Shown here in pieces: positions 8,897 through 20,184 of a DNA stretch of 64,000 bases (its first letter is position 1; the number at the start of each line of letters is the position of its first letter). Origin of the DNA: Gemmatimonadota bacterium (GTDB lineage Bacteria; Gemmatimonadota; Gemmatimonadetes; Palauibacterales; Palauibacteraceae); contig JBHIAV010000004.1 of NCBI GenBank assembly GCA_046758745.1, positions 32,001 through 96,000 on the forward strand. The letters run 5' to 3'. Below the pieces are notes generated by a model. The model ran no database searches. It worked only from the letters and a program-made list of their open reading frames with translations, and was not told the origin of the DNA. The translations under genes and the position numbers were made by a program.

Positions 8897-10444
8897 TCAG
8901 TCCGCTCGGGTGGGCTCCGCCTCCACCTCCACCGGAGCAGCGGGCCCCTCCAGCGGCACGACGAGGCGCGGCTGGAGATCGGCGCCCACCCGCTCCGCTC
9001 CCCGGAGGGCGAGGCCCGGGAAAACTCCGGACCCGAGGATCGCCAGGACAGAAACGCCGGCCGCAACACGGAACGCGAGTCCGGCCGGGGCGGGCAGAGG
9101 CAGATCCTCCGGCGCGTCCTCGAAGTACATCTTCCACACCACGCGCAGGTAGTAGTAATAGGAGATGAAGCTCGTCAGCACGAGCGTGATGGCCAGCGTC
9201 ACCTCTCCGGCGTCGAGCGCCGCGCGCAGCAGGTACAGCTTGCCGACGAATCCTCCGGTCGGTGGGAAGCCGGCGAGCGACAACAGGAAAACCACCAGGC
9301 TCGCGGCGAGGAGCGGGCGCCGCCATCCGAGGCCTCGGTAGTCGGCCAGCTTCCCGCGCCGGTCTCCCTCTCCGGCCACCACGTACACGATCGCGAACGC
9401 GCCGAGAGTCATCGCGGCATAGACGGCGAGGTAGAAGATCGAGGCGGCCCGGCCGAGCGCGCCGGCCGACACGACGCCGACGAGCAGGTAGCCGGCGTGC
9501 GCGATCGAGGAGTAGGCCAGCATGCGCTTCACGTTGTCTTCCACAAGTGCGACGAGGTTCGGCACGATCATCGACAGGACGGCCAGCCACCAGAGCACCG
9601 TCTGCCACACGGCCGCTGCGGGGGCGAGCTCCACCGTCACGATCCGCACCAGCGCCAGGAACGCGGCCGCCTTCACCCCGGCCGCCATGTAGCCGGTGAC
9701 CGGCGTGGGTGCCCCCTCGTAGGCGTCGGGCGTCCACATGTGGAAGGGGACGGCCGAGATCTTGAAGGCGAAGCCGACGAGGAGGAGGCCCAGACCGGCC
9801 ACGAGGAGCGGGTTGCCGGAGCCGGCTCCGCGTACGACTTCGGCGGTCACCAGCGCCAGGTTGGTGCTGCCTGTCGCCCCGAACAGCAGGGCGATGCCGT
9901 ACAGCAGAAAGCCGCTCGCAAACGCCCCGATCAGGAAGTACTTGAGGCCGGCTTCCGCGGAGCGCGGATCCCGCCGGTTCATGCTGGCAAGGACGTAGAT
10001 CGAGATCGACATGAGCTCGAGTCCCATGAAGACCATGATGAGGTCGCGCGCTCCGGCGAGCAGCATCATGCCGACGGTGGCCAGGAGGACGAGAGCGTAG
10101 AACTCGCCGAGATCGAGTCCCTCCCGGCGCAAGTAGTCGAACGCAAAGAGGATGCCGAGGAGCGTGGCGCCGAGGAAGAGGAAGTTCGCCGCCACGCGGA
10201 ACGTATCCACGGCGATCATACCGCTCCGTCCCGGCACCTCGACTGTGAGCAGCCAGGCGTTCGCCGCCGCTGACGCCACCACCCCGAGAAGCGCCAGGCC
10301 GGCGGCCGTGCGTCCCGGCGACCGCCCCTCCCGGACGCGCCCGAACACGCCGGCCAGAAGTGCCGCGATGGCCGCCACCGCGAGAATGCTCTCCGGAAGG
10401 AGGGCGATCAGATAGTGTAGCTGCGACCCAAAGTCGAGGATCAC
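8897..10444 (-). CDS. nuoN: NADH-quinone oxidoreductase subunit N
   Basis: EAGLKYF, FKISAVPFHMWTPDAYEGAPTP, KRMLAYSSIAHAGY. Confidence 0.97.
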   Translation of the reverse strand: MILDFGSQLHYLIALLPESILAVAAIAALLAGVFGRVREGRSPGRTAAGLALLGVVASAAANAWLLTVEVPGRSGMIAVDTFRVAANFLFLGATLLGILFAFDYLRREGLDLGEFYALVLLATVGMMLLAGARDLIMVFMGLELMSISIYVLASMNRRDPRSAEAGLKYFLIGAFASGFLLYGIALLFGATGSTNLALVTAEVVRGAGSGNPLLVAGLGLLLVGFAFKISAVPFHMWTPDAYEGAPTPVTGYMAAGVKAAAFLALVRIVTVELAPAAAVWQTVLWWLAVLSMIVPNLVALVEDNVKRMLAYSSIAHAGYLLVGVVSAGALGRAASIFYLAVYAAMTLGAFAIVYVVAGEGDRRGKLADYRGLGWRRPLLAASLVVFLLSLAGFPPTGGFVGKLYLLRAALDAGEVTLAITLVLTSFISYYYYLRVVWKMYFEDAPEDLPLPAPAGLAFRVAAGVSVLAILGSGVFPGLALRGAERVGADLQPRLVVPLEGPAAPVEVEAEPTRAD

Positions 10445-10454
10445 CCGTGGCCTC

Positions 10455-12029
10455 TCAGTCCGTCCCGTCCCCGCCGAGCACTGGGAGCCGGTCGAACCGG
10501 ATCTCGAGCTCCCCCATCGTCACCGGCGCCTGCCGGGCCCGGCGTTCGGTCTGCTCCAGGAGCGCATCCACCGATGGCGCCAGCCGATCCAGGAACGGCT
10601 GCGGGTAGACGCCGATCAGCAGGATCATCGCCAGGACCGGGACGAGAATCAGCCGCTCCCGGGGCACGAGATCCGCGAGGCGCCGATTCTCCTCCCGCTC
10701 CGCCGGACCGAGGAGCACCCGCTGCACCATGGGAAGCATGTAGCAGGCGGCGAAGATCACCCCCGTGGCGGCGAGGAAGGCCGCGATCGGATGGGTGCGG
10801 AATGTCCCGAGAAGGATCAGGAATTCCCCGACGAAGCCGTTCGTTCCCGGGAGGCCGATCGAGCTCAGCGCGACCACCACGAACGCCCCGGCGAACATCG
10901 GCATCGCCTTCGCGATCCCGCCGAAATCCTCGATGAGACGGGTGTGGCGTCGCTCGTACAGCATACCGACGAGCAGGAAGAGGGCGCCCGTCGAGACGCC
11001 GTGGTTCACCATCTGCAGGATGCCCCCCTGCATCCCCTGCGCAGTGAAAGCGAACAGCCCCAGCATCACGAAGCCGAGGTGTGCCACCGAGGTGTACGCC
11101 ACGAGCTTCTTGGCATCCGGCTGAACGGCCGCCACCCAGGCTCCGTACAGGATGCCGATGAGGGAGAGGAGGATGATCGTGTTCACCACCGCCTGGCTGG
11201 TCGCGGCGTGCGAGAAGAACGGAAGGGCGAAGCGCAAAAAGCCGTAGCCTCCAAGCTTCAGCAGGACCCCCGCCAGGATCACCGACCCGGCCGTGGGGGC
11301 GTCGACGTGCGCGTCCGGAAGCCACGTGTGCAGCGGAAAGAGCGGCACCTTGATGGCGAAGGCGAGCGCGAAGGCGCCAAACAGCCAGAACTGCAGCCCA
11401 CGCGCGATCGGGAGCTGCACCAGGTCGTTGTACGCGAAGGTCAGGATCCCGTACTCCCTGTGGTACAGGTAGACCAGCGCCACGATCGCCACGAGCATGA
11501 GCAGCGAGCCCACCGCGGTGAACAGGAAGAACTTGATCGCAGAGTAGATTCGGCGGCCCCCTCCCCACACCCCGATGATGAAGTACATCGGGATGAGAGT
11601 GACCTCCCAGAACAGATAGAAGAGGAAGAGGTCGAACGACACGAACACGCCCAGCATACCGGTGAGAAGCAGCAGGAGCATGGCGTAGAACGCGCGCACG
11701 TGGCGGTCGATGTAGGTGAACGAACCGAGAACCGCGAGTGGCATCACGAACGTCGTGAGCAGGACCATGAGGAGTGAGATCCCGTCCAGCCCGATCGTGT
11801 AGCCGATCCCCCACGTCTCGATCCAGGGAACCGAGACGTAGTTCTGGAGAGCGGCCGTTCCCGAACGGAAGCTGAAGAAGAGCGGTAGGGAGACGGCGAG
11901 CTCGGCTACGCTCACTCCGAAGGCGAGGTGTCGGACGCGTCCCTCCGGAACGATGAAGCACAGCGCCGCCCCGGCCACCGGAAGGGTGATCAGCAGCGTC
12001 AGGACCCAGTGGCTCTCGAAGACGCTCAC
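10455..12029 (-). CDS. nuoM: NADH-quinone oxidoreductase subunit M
   Basis: FWEVTLIPMY, IKVPLFPLHTWLPDAH, LPGTNGFVGEF. Confidence 0.97.
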   Translation of the reverse strand: MSVFESHWVLTLLITLPVAGAALCFIVPEGRVRHLAFGVSVAELAVSLPLFFSFRSGTAALQNYVSVPWIETWGIGYTIGLDGISLLMVLLTTFVMPLAVLGSFTYIDRHVRAFYAMLLLLLTGMLGVFVSFDLFLFYLFWEVTLIPMYFIIGVWGGGRRIYSAIKFFLFTAVGSLLMLVAIVALVYLYHREYGILTFAYNDLVQLPIARGLQFWLFGAFALAFAIKVPLFPLHTWLPDAHVDAPTAGSVILAGVLLKLGGYGFLRFALPFFSHAATSQAVVNTIILLSLIGILYGAWVAAVQPDAKKLVAYTSVAHLGFVMLGLFAFTAQGMQGGILQMVNHGVSTGALFLLVGMLYERRHTRLIEDFGGIAKAMPMFAGAFVVVALSSIGLPGTNGFVGEFLILLGTFRTHPIAAFLAATGVIFAACYMLPMVQRVLLGPAEREENRRLADLVPRERLILVPVLAMILLIGVYPQPFLDRLAPSVDALLEQTERRARQAPVTMGELEIRFDRLPVLGGDGTD

Positions 12030-12042
12030 CCCGCCACCCCGT

Positions 12043-14100
12043 TCACAGCAGAAGCGCCGCGAGCATCACGATCACCCCGGTCAGGAAGAAGAAGACGTAG
12101 GCGCCCACCCGACCCGTCTGAAGGAGGCTCCCGACCCACCCGACCAGCCGGCCACCCGAGGCGAACCCGTTCACCGTCCCGTCGATCAGCCTTTCGTCCA
12201 CCAGCTGCCAGCACGCCCGCCACAGTGCGAGGAGCGGCCGCACGATCAGGCGGTCATAGAGCTCGTCCACAAACCACTTGCGGTACGCCAGCCCCGCCAG
12301 TCCTCCGGGCTCGGGGGCTCGGTCGGCCGGGAGATACCGGCGCCGCGCCACCGCCCGGAACGTGAGGAGCACCACCACCACGGCGCCGGCGAACGAGATG
12401 GCCGCCCACGCCGCTTCCCCGCCTCCGACCGGCGAGGCGTGCACGGCCCGGAAGCCGTGATCTTCCATAACCCGTGCCGCTGCCGCGAAGCTCGGCTCGA
12501 GCCACGCGTGCAGCGCCTCGACGTGAGGGAGCGGAAGGGCCTCTCCGATGTTCACCCACCCCCCGACGACCGACAGGATGGCGAGGATGACGAGCGGGAC
12601 CCACATCACCGGCGGTGCCTCACGCAGCTGTGGAGCGGCGTCCGCGCCGGTGCGGTTCTGCCCATGGAAGGTCATCACCATCAGGCGCGTCATGTACGCC
12701 GCCGTGAGCAGGGCGGTGGCCACACCGACTGCCCACAGGATCGAATACCCGCGGGCTCCCGCACTCCAGATGATCTCGTCCTTTGAGAAGAAGCCCGCGA
12801 AGGGGAAGATGCCCGCGATGGCCAGCGTGGCCACCCACATGGTGGCCCAGGTGATCCGCATCGACCTCCTCAGCCCCCCGTGGTTTCGCATGTCGTTCGG
12901 GTCGTCGTGCCGCCCGACGGCGTGCACCGCCCGGTGCACGGCATGGATGACGGCGCCGGCGCCGAGGAAGAGGAGGGCCTTGAAGAAGGCATGCGTCATG
13001 AGGTGGAAGATCCCCGCCGTGAACGCCCCGATACCTACGGCCAGGAACATGTAGCCGAGCTGGGAGATGGTGCTGTACGCCAGGACCTTCTTGATGTCGA
13101 ACTGCTGGGTAGCGATCGTCGCCGCGAACAGCGCGGTCCCGGCCCCGAGGGCGGCGACCACCGCCTGCGAGACCGGTGCCATGGCGAACAACACGCCGGC
13201 GCGGGCCACCAGGTAGACACCGGCCGTTACCATGGTGGCGGCGTGGATGAGGGCCGAGACCGGAGTCGGACCCGCCATGGCATCGGGAAGCCACACGTGC
13301 AACGGGATCTGGGCCGACTTCCCGGTGCAGCCCAGGAAGAGGAGCAGCGTGATGAAGGTCACCACTGCCCCGCCGTAGGTCAGCACCTCCGGGGCCGCGT
13401 CGAAGATCGGGCCGAAATCGAGCGTTCCGAAATGCTGAAACAGGAGGAACATCGCCACCAGGAAGCCGAAGTCCCCGATCCTGTTGACGATGAACGCCTT
13501 CTTGCCCGCGCTCGAGTACTCCCGGTTCTCGTACCAGAACCCGATGAGGAGGTACGAGCAGAGGCCGACGCCTTCCCACCCCACAAACATGAGCGGGAAA
13601 TTTCCGGCCATCACCAGCACGAGCATGAAGAAGACGAAGAGGTTCAGGTACGCGAAGTACCTCGAGTAGCCCGGGTCCTCGCGCATGTAGCCGACGCTAT
13701 ACACGTGGATGATCGCGCTGACGCCCGTCACGATCAGCATCATGAGAACGGAGAGCCGGTCGAACTGCAGGTCGACCGCCACGTTCAGTCCGCCCGAAGC
13801 CATCCACGTCCACAGGGAGACGACGATCGGCCCGTGCGAGCCCGCGGCCCGCATGGCTATGAAGTTGGCTGCGACGACGACGAACGCCCCAACCACGGCG
13901 AGCGGCCCCACGAGGCCCGGGACGCGCTTCTCCTCCCGCCACGCGTAGGCGCCGACCGCGTTGATGGCGAAGCCGAGCAGGGGCAGCAAAAGGATCAAGG
14001 CCGGGAGGATGGGCGCGAACTCCCCGCCCCGGATGCCTGCCGCCACGGCCTCCTGGAAGGCTCCCGCCCACAGAGCGAGGACGCCCGGAGCGGCTACCAT
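12043..14100 (-). CDS. nuoL: NADH-quinone oxidoreductase subunit L
   Basis: [48 protein letters not shown]. Confidence 0.97.
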   Translation of the reverse strand: MVAAPGVLALWAGAFQEAVAAGIRGGEFAPILPALILLLPLLGFAINAVGAYAWREEKRVPGLVGPLAVVGAFVVVAANFIAMRAAGSHGPIVVSLWTWMASGGLNVAVDLQFDRLSVLMMLIVTGVSAIIHVYSVGYMREDPGYSRYFAYLNLFVFFMLVLVMAGNFPLMFVGWEGVGLCSYLLIGFWYENREYSSAGKKAFIVNRIGDFGFLVAMFLLFQHFGTLDFGPIFDAAPEVLTYGGAVVTFITLLLFLGCTGKSAQIPLHVWLPDAMAGPTPVSALIHAATMVTAGVYLVARAGVLFAMAPVSQAVVAALGAGTALFAATIATQQFDIKKVLAYSTISQLGYMFLAVGIGAFTAGIFHLMTHAFFKALLFLGAGAVIHAVHRAVHAVGRHDDPNDMRNHGGLRRSMRITWATMWVATLAIAGIFPFAGFFSKDEIIWSAGARGYSILWAVGVATALLTAAYMTRLMVMTFHGQNRTGADAAPQLREAPPVMWVPLVILAILSVVGGWVNIGEALPLPHVEALHAWLEPSFAAAARVMEDHGFRAVHASPVGGGEAAWAAISFAGAVVVVLLTFRAVARRRYLPADRAPEPGGLAGLAYRKWFVDELYDRLIVRPLLALWRACWQLVDERLIDGTVNGFASGGRLVGWVGSLLQTGRVGAYVFFFLTGVIVMLAALLL

Positions 14101-14393
14101 TTAAGCAGATTGAAGCGATCGACGTCCACGACCTCGTAATGGCGGAATATGGCGATGATGATCGCCAGCCCGACCGTAGCCTCGGCCGCCGCCACCGCCA
14201 TGACGAAGAACACGAACACCTGTGCCTCGAGCCCGAGCGTTCGCGAGAACGCCACCAGAGTCAAGTTCGCGGCATTCAGCATCAGCTCGATGCACATGAA
14301 GATGATGATCGCGTTTCGCCGCAGCAGGACACCGGCGACGCCGATCGAAAAGAGCAGCGCGCTGAGAATCAGCGAGTAGCTCTCGATCGCCAT
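14094..14393 (-). CDS. nuoK: NADH-quinone oxidoreductase subunit K
   Basis: [31 protein letters not shown]. Confidence 0.96.
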   Translation of the reverse strand: MAIESYSLILSALLFSIGVAGVLLRRNAIIIFMCIELMLNAANLTLVAFSRTLGLEAQVFVFFVMAVAAAEATVGLAIIIAIFRHYEVVDVDRFNLLKW

Positions 14394-14400
14394 TGTTGGA

Positions 14401-14928
14401 TCACGGTGCCTTCTTTCTCGCCAGCACGATCGCACCGACCATGGCCACCAAGAGGAGAAGCCCGGTGACCTGGAACGGGACCATGTAGCTTACGAAGAGC
14501 GGTTCGGCTACGGCTCCGACGGCGCCGCGCGCCTGCAGCATGGCCATCACGGTCTCCTCCCCCATTCCGCCGGCCAGTCGCGGACGCTCGCCGCTCTGGA
14601 TGAGCGTGGCGAGGAGGACGAAGAGCGCCGTCCCGACCGCGCCGGCGCCCGCGGCTGCCAACGACCCCCTGCGGTCACTCATCCGCCCGTGTCCGAGGTT
14701 GAGAAGCATGATGACGAAAAGGAAGAGCACCATGATGGCGCCGGCGTACACGATGATCTGAAGCGCTGCGATGAAATGGGCGTCGAGGAGCACGAAGATC
14801 CCGGAGATGGCGAAGAACACCATCACAAGAAACATGAGACTGGCGACAGGGTTGCGACTGACGATCATGGCCAGCGCAGCGGCCACGGCCATCACGGCGA
14901 AGACGAAGAAGAGGAAATCCGTGATCAT
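14401..14928 (-). CDS. nuoJ: NADH-quinone oxidoreductase subunit J
   Basis: [26 protein letters not shown]. Confidence 0.96.
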   Translation of the reverse strand: MITDFLFFVFAVMAVAAALAMIVSRNPVASLMFLVMVFFAISGIFVLLDAHFIAALQIIVYAGAIMVLFLFVIMLLNLGHGRMSDRRGSLAAAGAGAVGTALFVLLATLIQSGERPRLAGGMGEETVMAMLQARGAVGAVAEPLFVSYMVPFQVTGLLLLVAMVGAIVLARKKAP

Positions 14929-15422
14929 TCGGAGGCAGGGTCAGCGGGATCCCACAGGGTCGTGAAGGGGTGGTCCTGCTCGCACAGCCGCTCGAGGTCG
15001 TACACCCATCGCTCGCGGCTGTACTCGGCGTTCTCGTAGTGCACCCCCAGGTGGATCGCCTCCACCGGACACACCTCCTGGCAATACCCGCAGAAGATGC
15101 AGCGAAACTCGTCGATCTCGTACACAGCGGCGTAACGCTCCCCGTTCTCGTCCTCCGCCGGGATCAGCTTGATGCAGTTCACCGGACACACGGTGGGACA
15201 CAGCCCGCACGCCACGCACTTCGCCCGTCCATCCTCGTGCGTCGCCATGCGGTGCGTCCCTCGCAGCCGCGGGGAAAGCTCCCACTTCTCATCGGGGTAC
15301 TGCTGGGTCACCTTGTGCGGATTCATAAGGTGCTTCAGGGTCACCCCCATCCCTCCCATGGCTCCCCTCAGGTAGGAGGCCTTCTTCTCCGGCCTCCGCA
15401 CCACCTTCACTTCTCCGGACAT
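14925..15422 (-). CDS. nuoI: NADH-quinone oxidoreductase subunit I
   Basis: Two CxxCxxCxxxCP ferredoxin motifs, TQQYPDEK. Confidence 0.96.
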   Translation of the reverse strand: MSGEVKVVRRPEKKASYLRGAMGGMGVTLKHLMNPHKVTQQYPDEKWELSPRLRGTHRMATHEDGRAKCVACGLCPTVCPVNCIKLIPAEDENGERYAAVYEIDEFRCIFCGYCQEVCPVEAIHLGVHYENAEYSRERWVYDLERLCEQDHPFTTLWDPADPASE

Positions 15423-15441
15423 CGCCGCATCTCCTCCAGCT

Positions 15442-16683
15442 TCAGGTGGCGCTGGGCGGGCGCCGCTGGCGCGAGCCGCTTCCCCGCACCAGAGCCCCCC
15501 GATCGATGGCGAAGAGCAGAATCCCGCCGAGGATCACGTTCAACCCGAAGAGCACGCCGGCGTACAGGGGACCGAACGGCCAGCCCCGTGCTTCGAGTGC
15601 CAGGATGGCGAGGGCGATTACGAGGATGTACACCGTCACCGCCTCGATCACGAACTTCCAGCCGAGGTCCATGAGCTGATCGTACCTGAATCGCGGGAGC
15701 GTCCACCGGATCCACATGAACAGGAAGACGACGAGCGTCGTCTTGACCGAAAACGAACCGAACGTGAGCAGCGTCTTCCACCAGGTCGGAACCCCGAGCA
15801 CCGTTCCGTCCCCCAGCACGCGTACGTTGTCCCCACGCCAGAACGGGATGTCCCACCCGCCGAGGAAGAACACCGTCACCAATGCCGCTGTCGTGATGAC
15901 GTGGGCGAACTCACCCAGCATGAACATGCTGAACTTCATCGACGAGTACTCGGTGTGGTAGCCCGTAACGAGCTCCGCTTCCGCCTCCGGAAGGTCGAAG
16001 GGAAGCCGGTTGGTCTCGGCCAGCCCCGACAGGAAGAAGAAGAAGGCCGAGAGGGCGAGCGGGAAGACGAGCCATGTGCCGAGGGTGGGCGGTCCCCCGG
16101 TGAAGCCTTGCTGGATCGCCACCAGCTCCGGGAGCCGCACGTCCGCCGCAATGAGGAGGACCGGCACGAGGCTGAACGCGAGCCCCACCTCGTAGCTGAT
16201 CATCTGGGCCGAGCCTCGGAGCCCTCCGAGGAACGCGTATTTGCTGTTGGACGCCCACCCGGCCATCACGACGCCATACACCCCGATCGATGAGACGGCG
16301 AGGACGTACAGGAAGCCGACCGGCACATCCGCCACGATGACCTCCACCAGCCCCCAGCGGGTGGGAAGCGGCGAGGCAAAGGGGATTACCGCGAAGAGAA
16401 TGGTCGCGGGGACGATCGCGAGGACCGGCGCGAGGTAGAAGAAAAGCCGGTTCGCCTCCGCCGGCTCCGTCTCCTCCTTCAGGAGGTTCTTCAGCCCGTC
16501 AGCCAGCGCTTGGAGGATCCCGAGGGGCCCGACCCGATTCGGACCGCTCCGGTCTTGGATGAACCCGGCTACCTTCCTCTCCACATAGGTCGCAAGGGCG
16601 ACGAGCACAAGGAGCAACGTGAAGAAGACGATCACCTTGCCGCCCGTGAAGATCAGGAACGCCGTCCCGCTGACCGACTGCAT
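15442..16683 (-). CDS. nuoH: NADH-quinone oxidoreductase subunit H
   Basis: ERKVAGFIQDRSGPNRVG, AETNRLPFDLPEAE, RWTLPRFRYDQLM. Confidence 0.97.
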   Translation of the reverse strand: MQSVSGTAFLIFTGGKVIVFFTLLLVLVALATYVERKVAGFIQDRSGPNRVGPLGILQALADGLKNLLKEETEPAEANRLFFYLAPVLAIVPATILFAVIPFASPLPTRWGLVEVIVADVPVGFLYVLAVSSIGVYGVVMAGWASNSKYAFLGGLRGSAQMISYEVGLAFSLVPVLLIAADVRLPELVAIQQGFTGGPPTLGTWLVFPLALSAFFFFLSGLAETNRLPFDLPEAEAELVTGYHTEYSSMKFSMFMLGEFAHVITTAALVTVFFLGGWDIPFWRGDNVRVLGDGTVLGVPTWWKTLLTFGSFSVKTTLVVFLFMWIRWTLPRFRYDQLMDLGWKFVIEAVTVYILVIALAILALEARGWPFGPLYAGVLFGLNVILGGILLFAIDRGALVRGSGSRQRRPPSAT

Positions 16684-16691
16684 CCGCCCTC

Positions 16692-18272
16692 CTACCGCAC
16701 CTTCGCCGGCGCGGACGGGACTGAGCGGATCGCCGACCCCCTGAGTCCGAGCGATTCCCACGTGAGCCCTTCGAACGCGGGCACGTTGGCCGCCATGGTC
16801 ACGAACGCGGCGCGGATGTGGAGCGCCACATCGCCCTCCCCGAGGAGCGTGAGGAGGCGGGAAAGAACCATCCAGGCGGGCCGCGCGATCCCCGGCGGCT
16901 GGAGGGCCTGGTGGAAGCGCTGTACGCGGCCCGTGAAATTCGTGAAGGTTCCCTCCATCTCGGCGAAGGTGGCCGTCGGGAGGAGCGCGTCGGCGCTCGC
17001 CGCGGCCGTCGGCAGACGAGGGCCGATGTACAGGAAGAAGGTAGCCTTCCTTCTGAAATCGGCCGGTACATCGGTCAGCGGATCGGCGAGCACGATGAGG
17101 CTCCCGGGGCTCGGGGCCGGCTGGCCGGTCGCGTGCTCGAAGCCGAACAGCTCGGCTCCCGTGGCGTTGGGGGCCCGCTCCGCCCTGAGCTTGAGCCGGG
17201 GAAAGCCATGCAGGGTCGCCTCCCCTCCCTGCTCGACGCGGAAGCTCCCGCCCTCGATGCCGAGCCACTCGAGCAACAGACGGAGGTAGAAGAGGGACTC
17301 GTTCGACTCCTCCGCCGAGACCATGGCCGTTCCGCCCGACTCCGCCTCCAGCTCGCGTGCGACGAAGTCGAGCGCCGACTCCCAATCGGTCGGAACCAGC
17401 CGGTCGTTCTCGCGGACGAGTGGTGTCTCGGCACGGGGGCCTCGGTTGCCCATGACCAGGTGCTTCCGACCGTAGTCGCACATCCAGTAGGAGTTGACGG
17501 CCGCGTTGTACCTCGGCTTCAGCCGGACGATCTGGTTCTCCTTCGCGTCGATCGTGACGTTGCACCCGGTAGAGCAGCCCGGGCAGATGCTCGGCGCGGA
17601 GTCCAGGTCCCACGCGCGAGCTTTGAACAGGAAATCCTCGTGCACGAGGGCACCGACCGGACACACATCCACGATGTTCCCGCGAAACGCGTTCTCCAGA
17701 TCACGCCCGGGGAATGTGTCGATGTACGCCTTGTGCCCGCGCTGCGCCACGACGAGCGTGTCATCCCCCGCCACGTCCCGCATGAAGCGCACGCACCTCG
17801 TGCAGAGGATGCAGCGGTCGGCGAAATACAGGATGTCATCCGCGATGCGGTCCCGACCCAGCACGAGCTTCGCTTCCTCGAACCGGCTGCGCAGCTGCCC
17901 CGTCTCGAAGGCGTAGTCCTGCAGCATGCACTGTCCCGCCGCGTCACAGATCGGGCAGTCGAGAGGGTGGTTGAGCAGCAGGAACTCGATCACCGACTTG
18001 CGAGCGAGCTTCGCATGCTCCGTGTCGGTCCGCACGACCATCCCCTCCTGCACCGCCAACACGCACGAAGGCTGGAGCTTCTGCTGTCCCTCCACCTCGA
18101 CGAGGCACATCCGACACTGAGCCGGACGCGATGGGATGCCCGGATGGTAGCAGTAATGCGGCACGACCACGCCGGCGCGCTCGGCCGCTTCGATCACGAG
18201 GGTCCCGCCGGGCACTCGGATGGGAACCCCGTCGACGCTCAGGCTGATGAGCTCCGCCTCGCCGCTACCCAT
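16692..18272 (-). CDS. nuoG: NADH-quinone oxidoreductase subunit G (compact, 526 aa)
   Basis: CYHP..CRMC, HPLDCPICD..C, CILCTRC and CPGCSTGC Fe-S motifs. Confidence 0.94.
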   Translation of the reverse strand: MGSGEAELISLSVDGVPIRVPGGTLVIEAAERAGVVVPHYCYHPGIPSRPAQCRMCLVEVEGQQKLQPSCVLAVQEGMVVRTDTEHAKLARKSVIEFLLLNHPLDCPICDAAGQCMLQDYAFETGQLRSRFEEAKLVLGRDRIADDILYFADRCILCTRCVRFMRDVAGDDTLVVAQRGHKAYIDTFPGRDLENAFRGNIVDVCPVGALVHEDFLFKARAWDLDSAPSICPGCSTGCNVTIDAKENQIVRLKPRYNAAVNSYWMCDYGRKHLVMGNRGPRAETPLVRENDRLVPTDWESALDFVARELEAESGGTAMVSAEESNESLFYLRLLLEWLGIEGGSFRVEQGGEATLHGFPRLKLRAERAPNATGAELFGFEHATGQPAPSPGSLIVLADPLTDVPADFRRKATFFLYIGPRLPTAAASADALLPTATFAEMEGTFTNFTGRVQRFHQALQPPGIARPAWMVLSRLLTLLGEGDVALHIRAAFVTMAANVPAFEGLTWESLGLRGSAIRSVPSAPAKVR

Positions 18273-18334
18273 GCTCTATCGGCCCGACGCCGCCGTGGAT
18301 TCGAACGGGCCTCCCGGAAAGCCGTCTCCCGACA

Positions 18335-19627
18335 TCAGGCGGTAGCGGTACACTGGTGGCGAAGGATGTGCGCTTCGTACTCCTCGCGGAACTTGTCCAG
18401 CGAGGAGCGAAGCGGGAACACCACGCTGTCGGCGAGCACACAGATCGTGCGGCCGGTCAGCTGCTCGCACAGGTCGTACAGGAGGTCTATGTCCGCCAGC
18501 CGACCTTCACCTCCCTCGATGCGACGGAGGATCTCGGTTACCCACGCGGTGCCCTCGCGGCACTGTACGCACTGGCCGCAGGACTCATGGGCATAGAACT
18601 GCGCGATCCGGCGCATCGCTCGCAGGAGGCAGGTCGACTCGTCCATGACGATCGGCGATGCCGTGCCGAGCGAGCTTCCCGCCGCCTGTAACCCCTCGTA
18701 CGTGGTCGGGCAATCGAGCTCGTCGGCGGCCAAGAGCGCGGTGGAGGAGCCTCCCGGAATGACTGCCCGCACCTTCCGTCCGCCCGGGATCCCGCCGCAC
18801 ACCTCGAAGATGATGTCCTTGAGGGGGACGCCGAGCTCAAGCTCGTAGTTGCCGGGACGGTCGAGGTGGCCCGAGCAGCACCACAGCTTGGTGCCGGGAC
18901 TCTGCTCGCTCCCCCACTGCCGGTACCACGTCGGCCCGTTGGAGAGGATCATCGGAACGGTAGCGAGCGTCTCGACGTTGTTCACCGTCGTCGGCTTGCC
19001 GAAAACCCCGGCTTGGGCCGGGAAAGGCGGCTTCGCTCGCGGCTCGGCCCGGCCGCCCTGCAGGGAGCTCATCAGGCCCGTCTCCTCCCCCGCGATGTAG
19101 GCGCCCGCCCCGATGTGCACGGTGACGTCGCAGTCCCACCCGCTGCCCAGGATGTTGCGGCCGATCAGCCCAGCTTCGTAGGCCTCCGTGACCGCGGCAT
19201 TCAGGACCCGCACCACGGGAAAGAACTCGCCACGCACGTAGATGTAGACGTGCTCTGCGCGGATGGCGCGGGCGGCGATCAGGCACCCCTCTATGAGCAG
19301 GTGCGGGGTCCAGCGAAGGATCTCCCGGTCCTTGAAGGCGCCGGGCTCGCTCTCATCGGCGTTGCAGCAAAGGTAATGCGGCTGCCCGTCGTCCCTCGGC
19401 ATGAAGCTCCACTTCATGCCCGTCGGGAAGCCGGCTCCTCCCCTGCCTCGCAGCCCGGAGTCCTTCACCACCTTCGTGATCTCCTCGGGTGACATCCGGA
19501 GCGCCTGCCCGAGCGCCTCGTATCCCTCCATGCGCCGCCATGCCTCGAGCGTGCGGGCGGATGGGTCCCCCATGTGACGTGAGAGGAGCGTCCCCACCTC
19601 GAGCGGATGCGAGTGCGGATAGCCCAT
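18335..19627 (-). CDS. nuoF: NADH-quinone oxidoreductase subunit F
   Basis: GLRGRGGAGFPTG, NADESEPG, GAYIAGEET, ESCGQCVQCREG. Confidence 0.97.
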   Translation of the reverse strand: MGYPHSHPLEVGTLLSRHMGDPSARTLEAWRRMEGYEALGQALRMSPEEITKVVKDSGLRGRGGAGFPTGMKWSFMPRDDGQPHYLCCNADESEPGAFKDREILRWTPHLLIEGCLIAARAIRAEHVYIYVRGEFFPVVRVLNAAVTEAYEAGLIGRNILGSGWDCDVTVHIGAGAYIAGEETGLMSSLQGGRAEPRAKPPFPAQAGVFGKPTTVNNVETLATVPMILSNGPTWYRQWGSEQSPGTKLWCCSGHLDRPGNYELELGVPLKDIIFEVCGGIPGGRKVRAVIPGGSSTALLAADELDCPTTYEGLQAAGSSLGTASPIVMDESTCLLRAMRRIAQFYAHESCGQCVQCREGTAWVTEILRRIEGGEGRLADIDLLYDLCEQLTGRTICVLADSVVFPLRSSLDKFREEYEAHILRHQCTATA

Positions 19628-19635
19628 GGCAGAGT

Positions 19636-20184
19636 TCAGCCGAGCCCGTCCAGGATCTCCCGGACAGACTCGGGAGTCACGTTCTCGTAGTACTCATCGT
19701 TGATCTGAACGACCGTGGCGAACCCGCACGCCCCGAGGCATTCGACCTCCAGCACCGTGAACCGCCCGTCCTCGGAGACCTCTCCCGGCCGCGTGCCCGT
19801 CTCCTCGAGGAAGCTGCGAAGGACATCGTCCGCCCGGTTCAGGTGACATGAGATGTTGGTGCACACCTGGATCACGTGCTTCCCGAGCGGATGGCGGTTG
19901 TACATGGTGTAGAAGGTGGCGACCGAATGGACGTGCGCCGGTGTGAGATCCAGCGCATCGGCGATCTCCACCATGGCCTCCGGCGACACCCAACCGTTAC
20001 GCTCCTGGGCGTAGTTGAGCAGGGGGAGCAGCGCGGCTCGCTTCTCCGGATACCGGCTCAGCGCCTTCGCCAGCCGATCGCGACCCTCATCGTCGGCGAA
20101 CAGCGCCTCGACGGGACGCCTCTCCGCCAGCATGAACGGCTGTGCCCCGACCACGGCCGGGTGGATTCCCTCGGTCAACGCCAC
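19636..20184 (-). CDS. nuoE: NADH-quinone oxidoreductase subunit E
   Basis: VATFYTMY, CTNISC..ECLGAC [2Fe-2S] ligands. Confidence 0.95.
   Translation of the reverse strand: MALTEGIHPAVVGAQPFMLAERRPVEALFADDEGRDRLAKALSRYPEKRAALLPLLNYAQERNGWVSPEAMVEIADALDLTPAHVHSVATFYTMYNRHPLGKHVIQVCTNISCHLNRADDVLRSFLEETGTRPGEVSEDGRFTVLEVECLGACGFATVVQINDEYYENVTPESVREILDGLG

Noticed and set aside
2464..9737. Long N-terminal extensions of sucC, arcC and the phosphomannomutase in the ORF track (also nuoH, dnaB, pepA, plsC)
   Set aside because: They overlap upstream genes in another frame; downstream starts match family N-termini, RBSs or stop/start overlaps.
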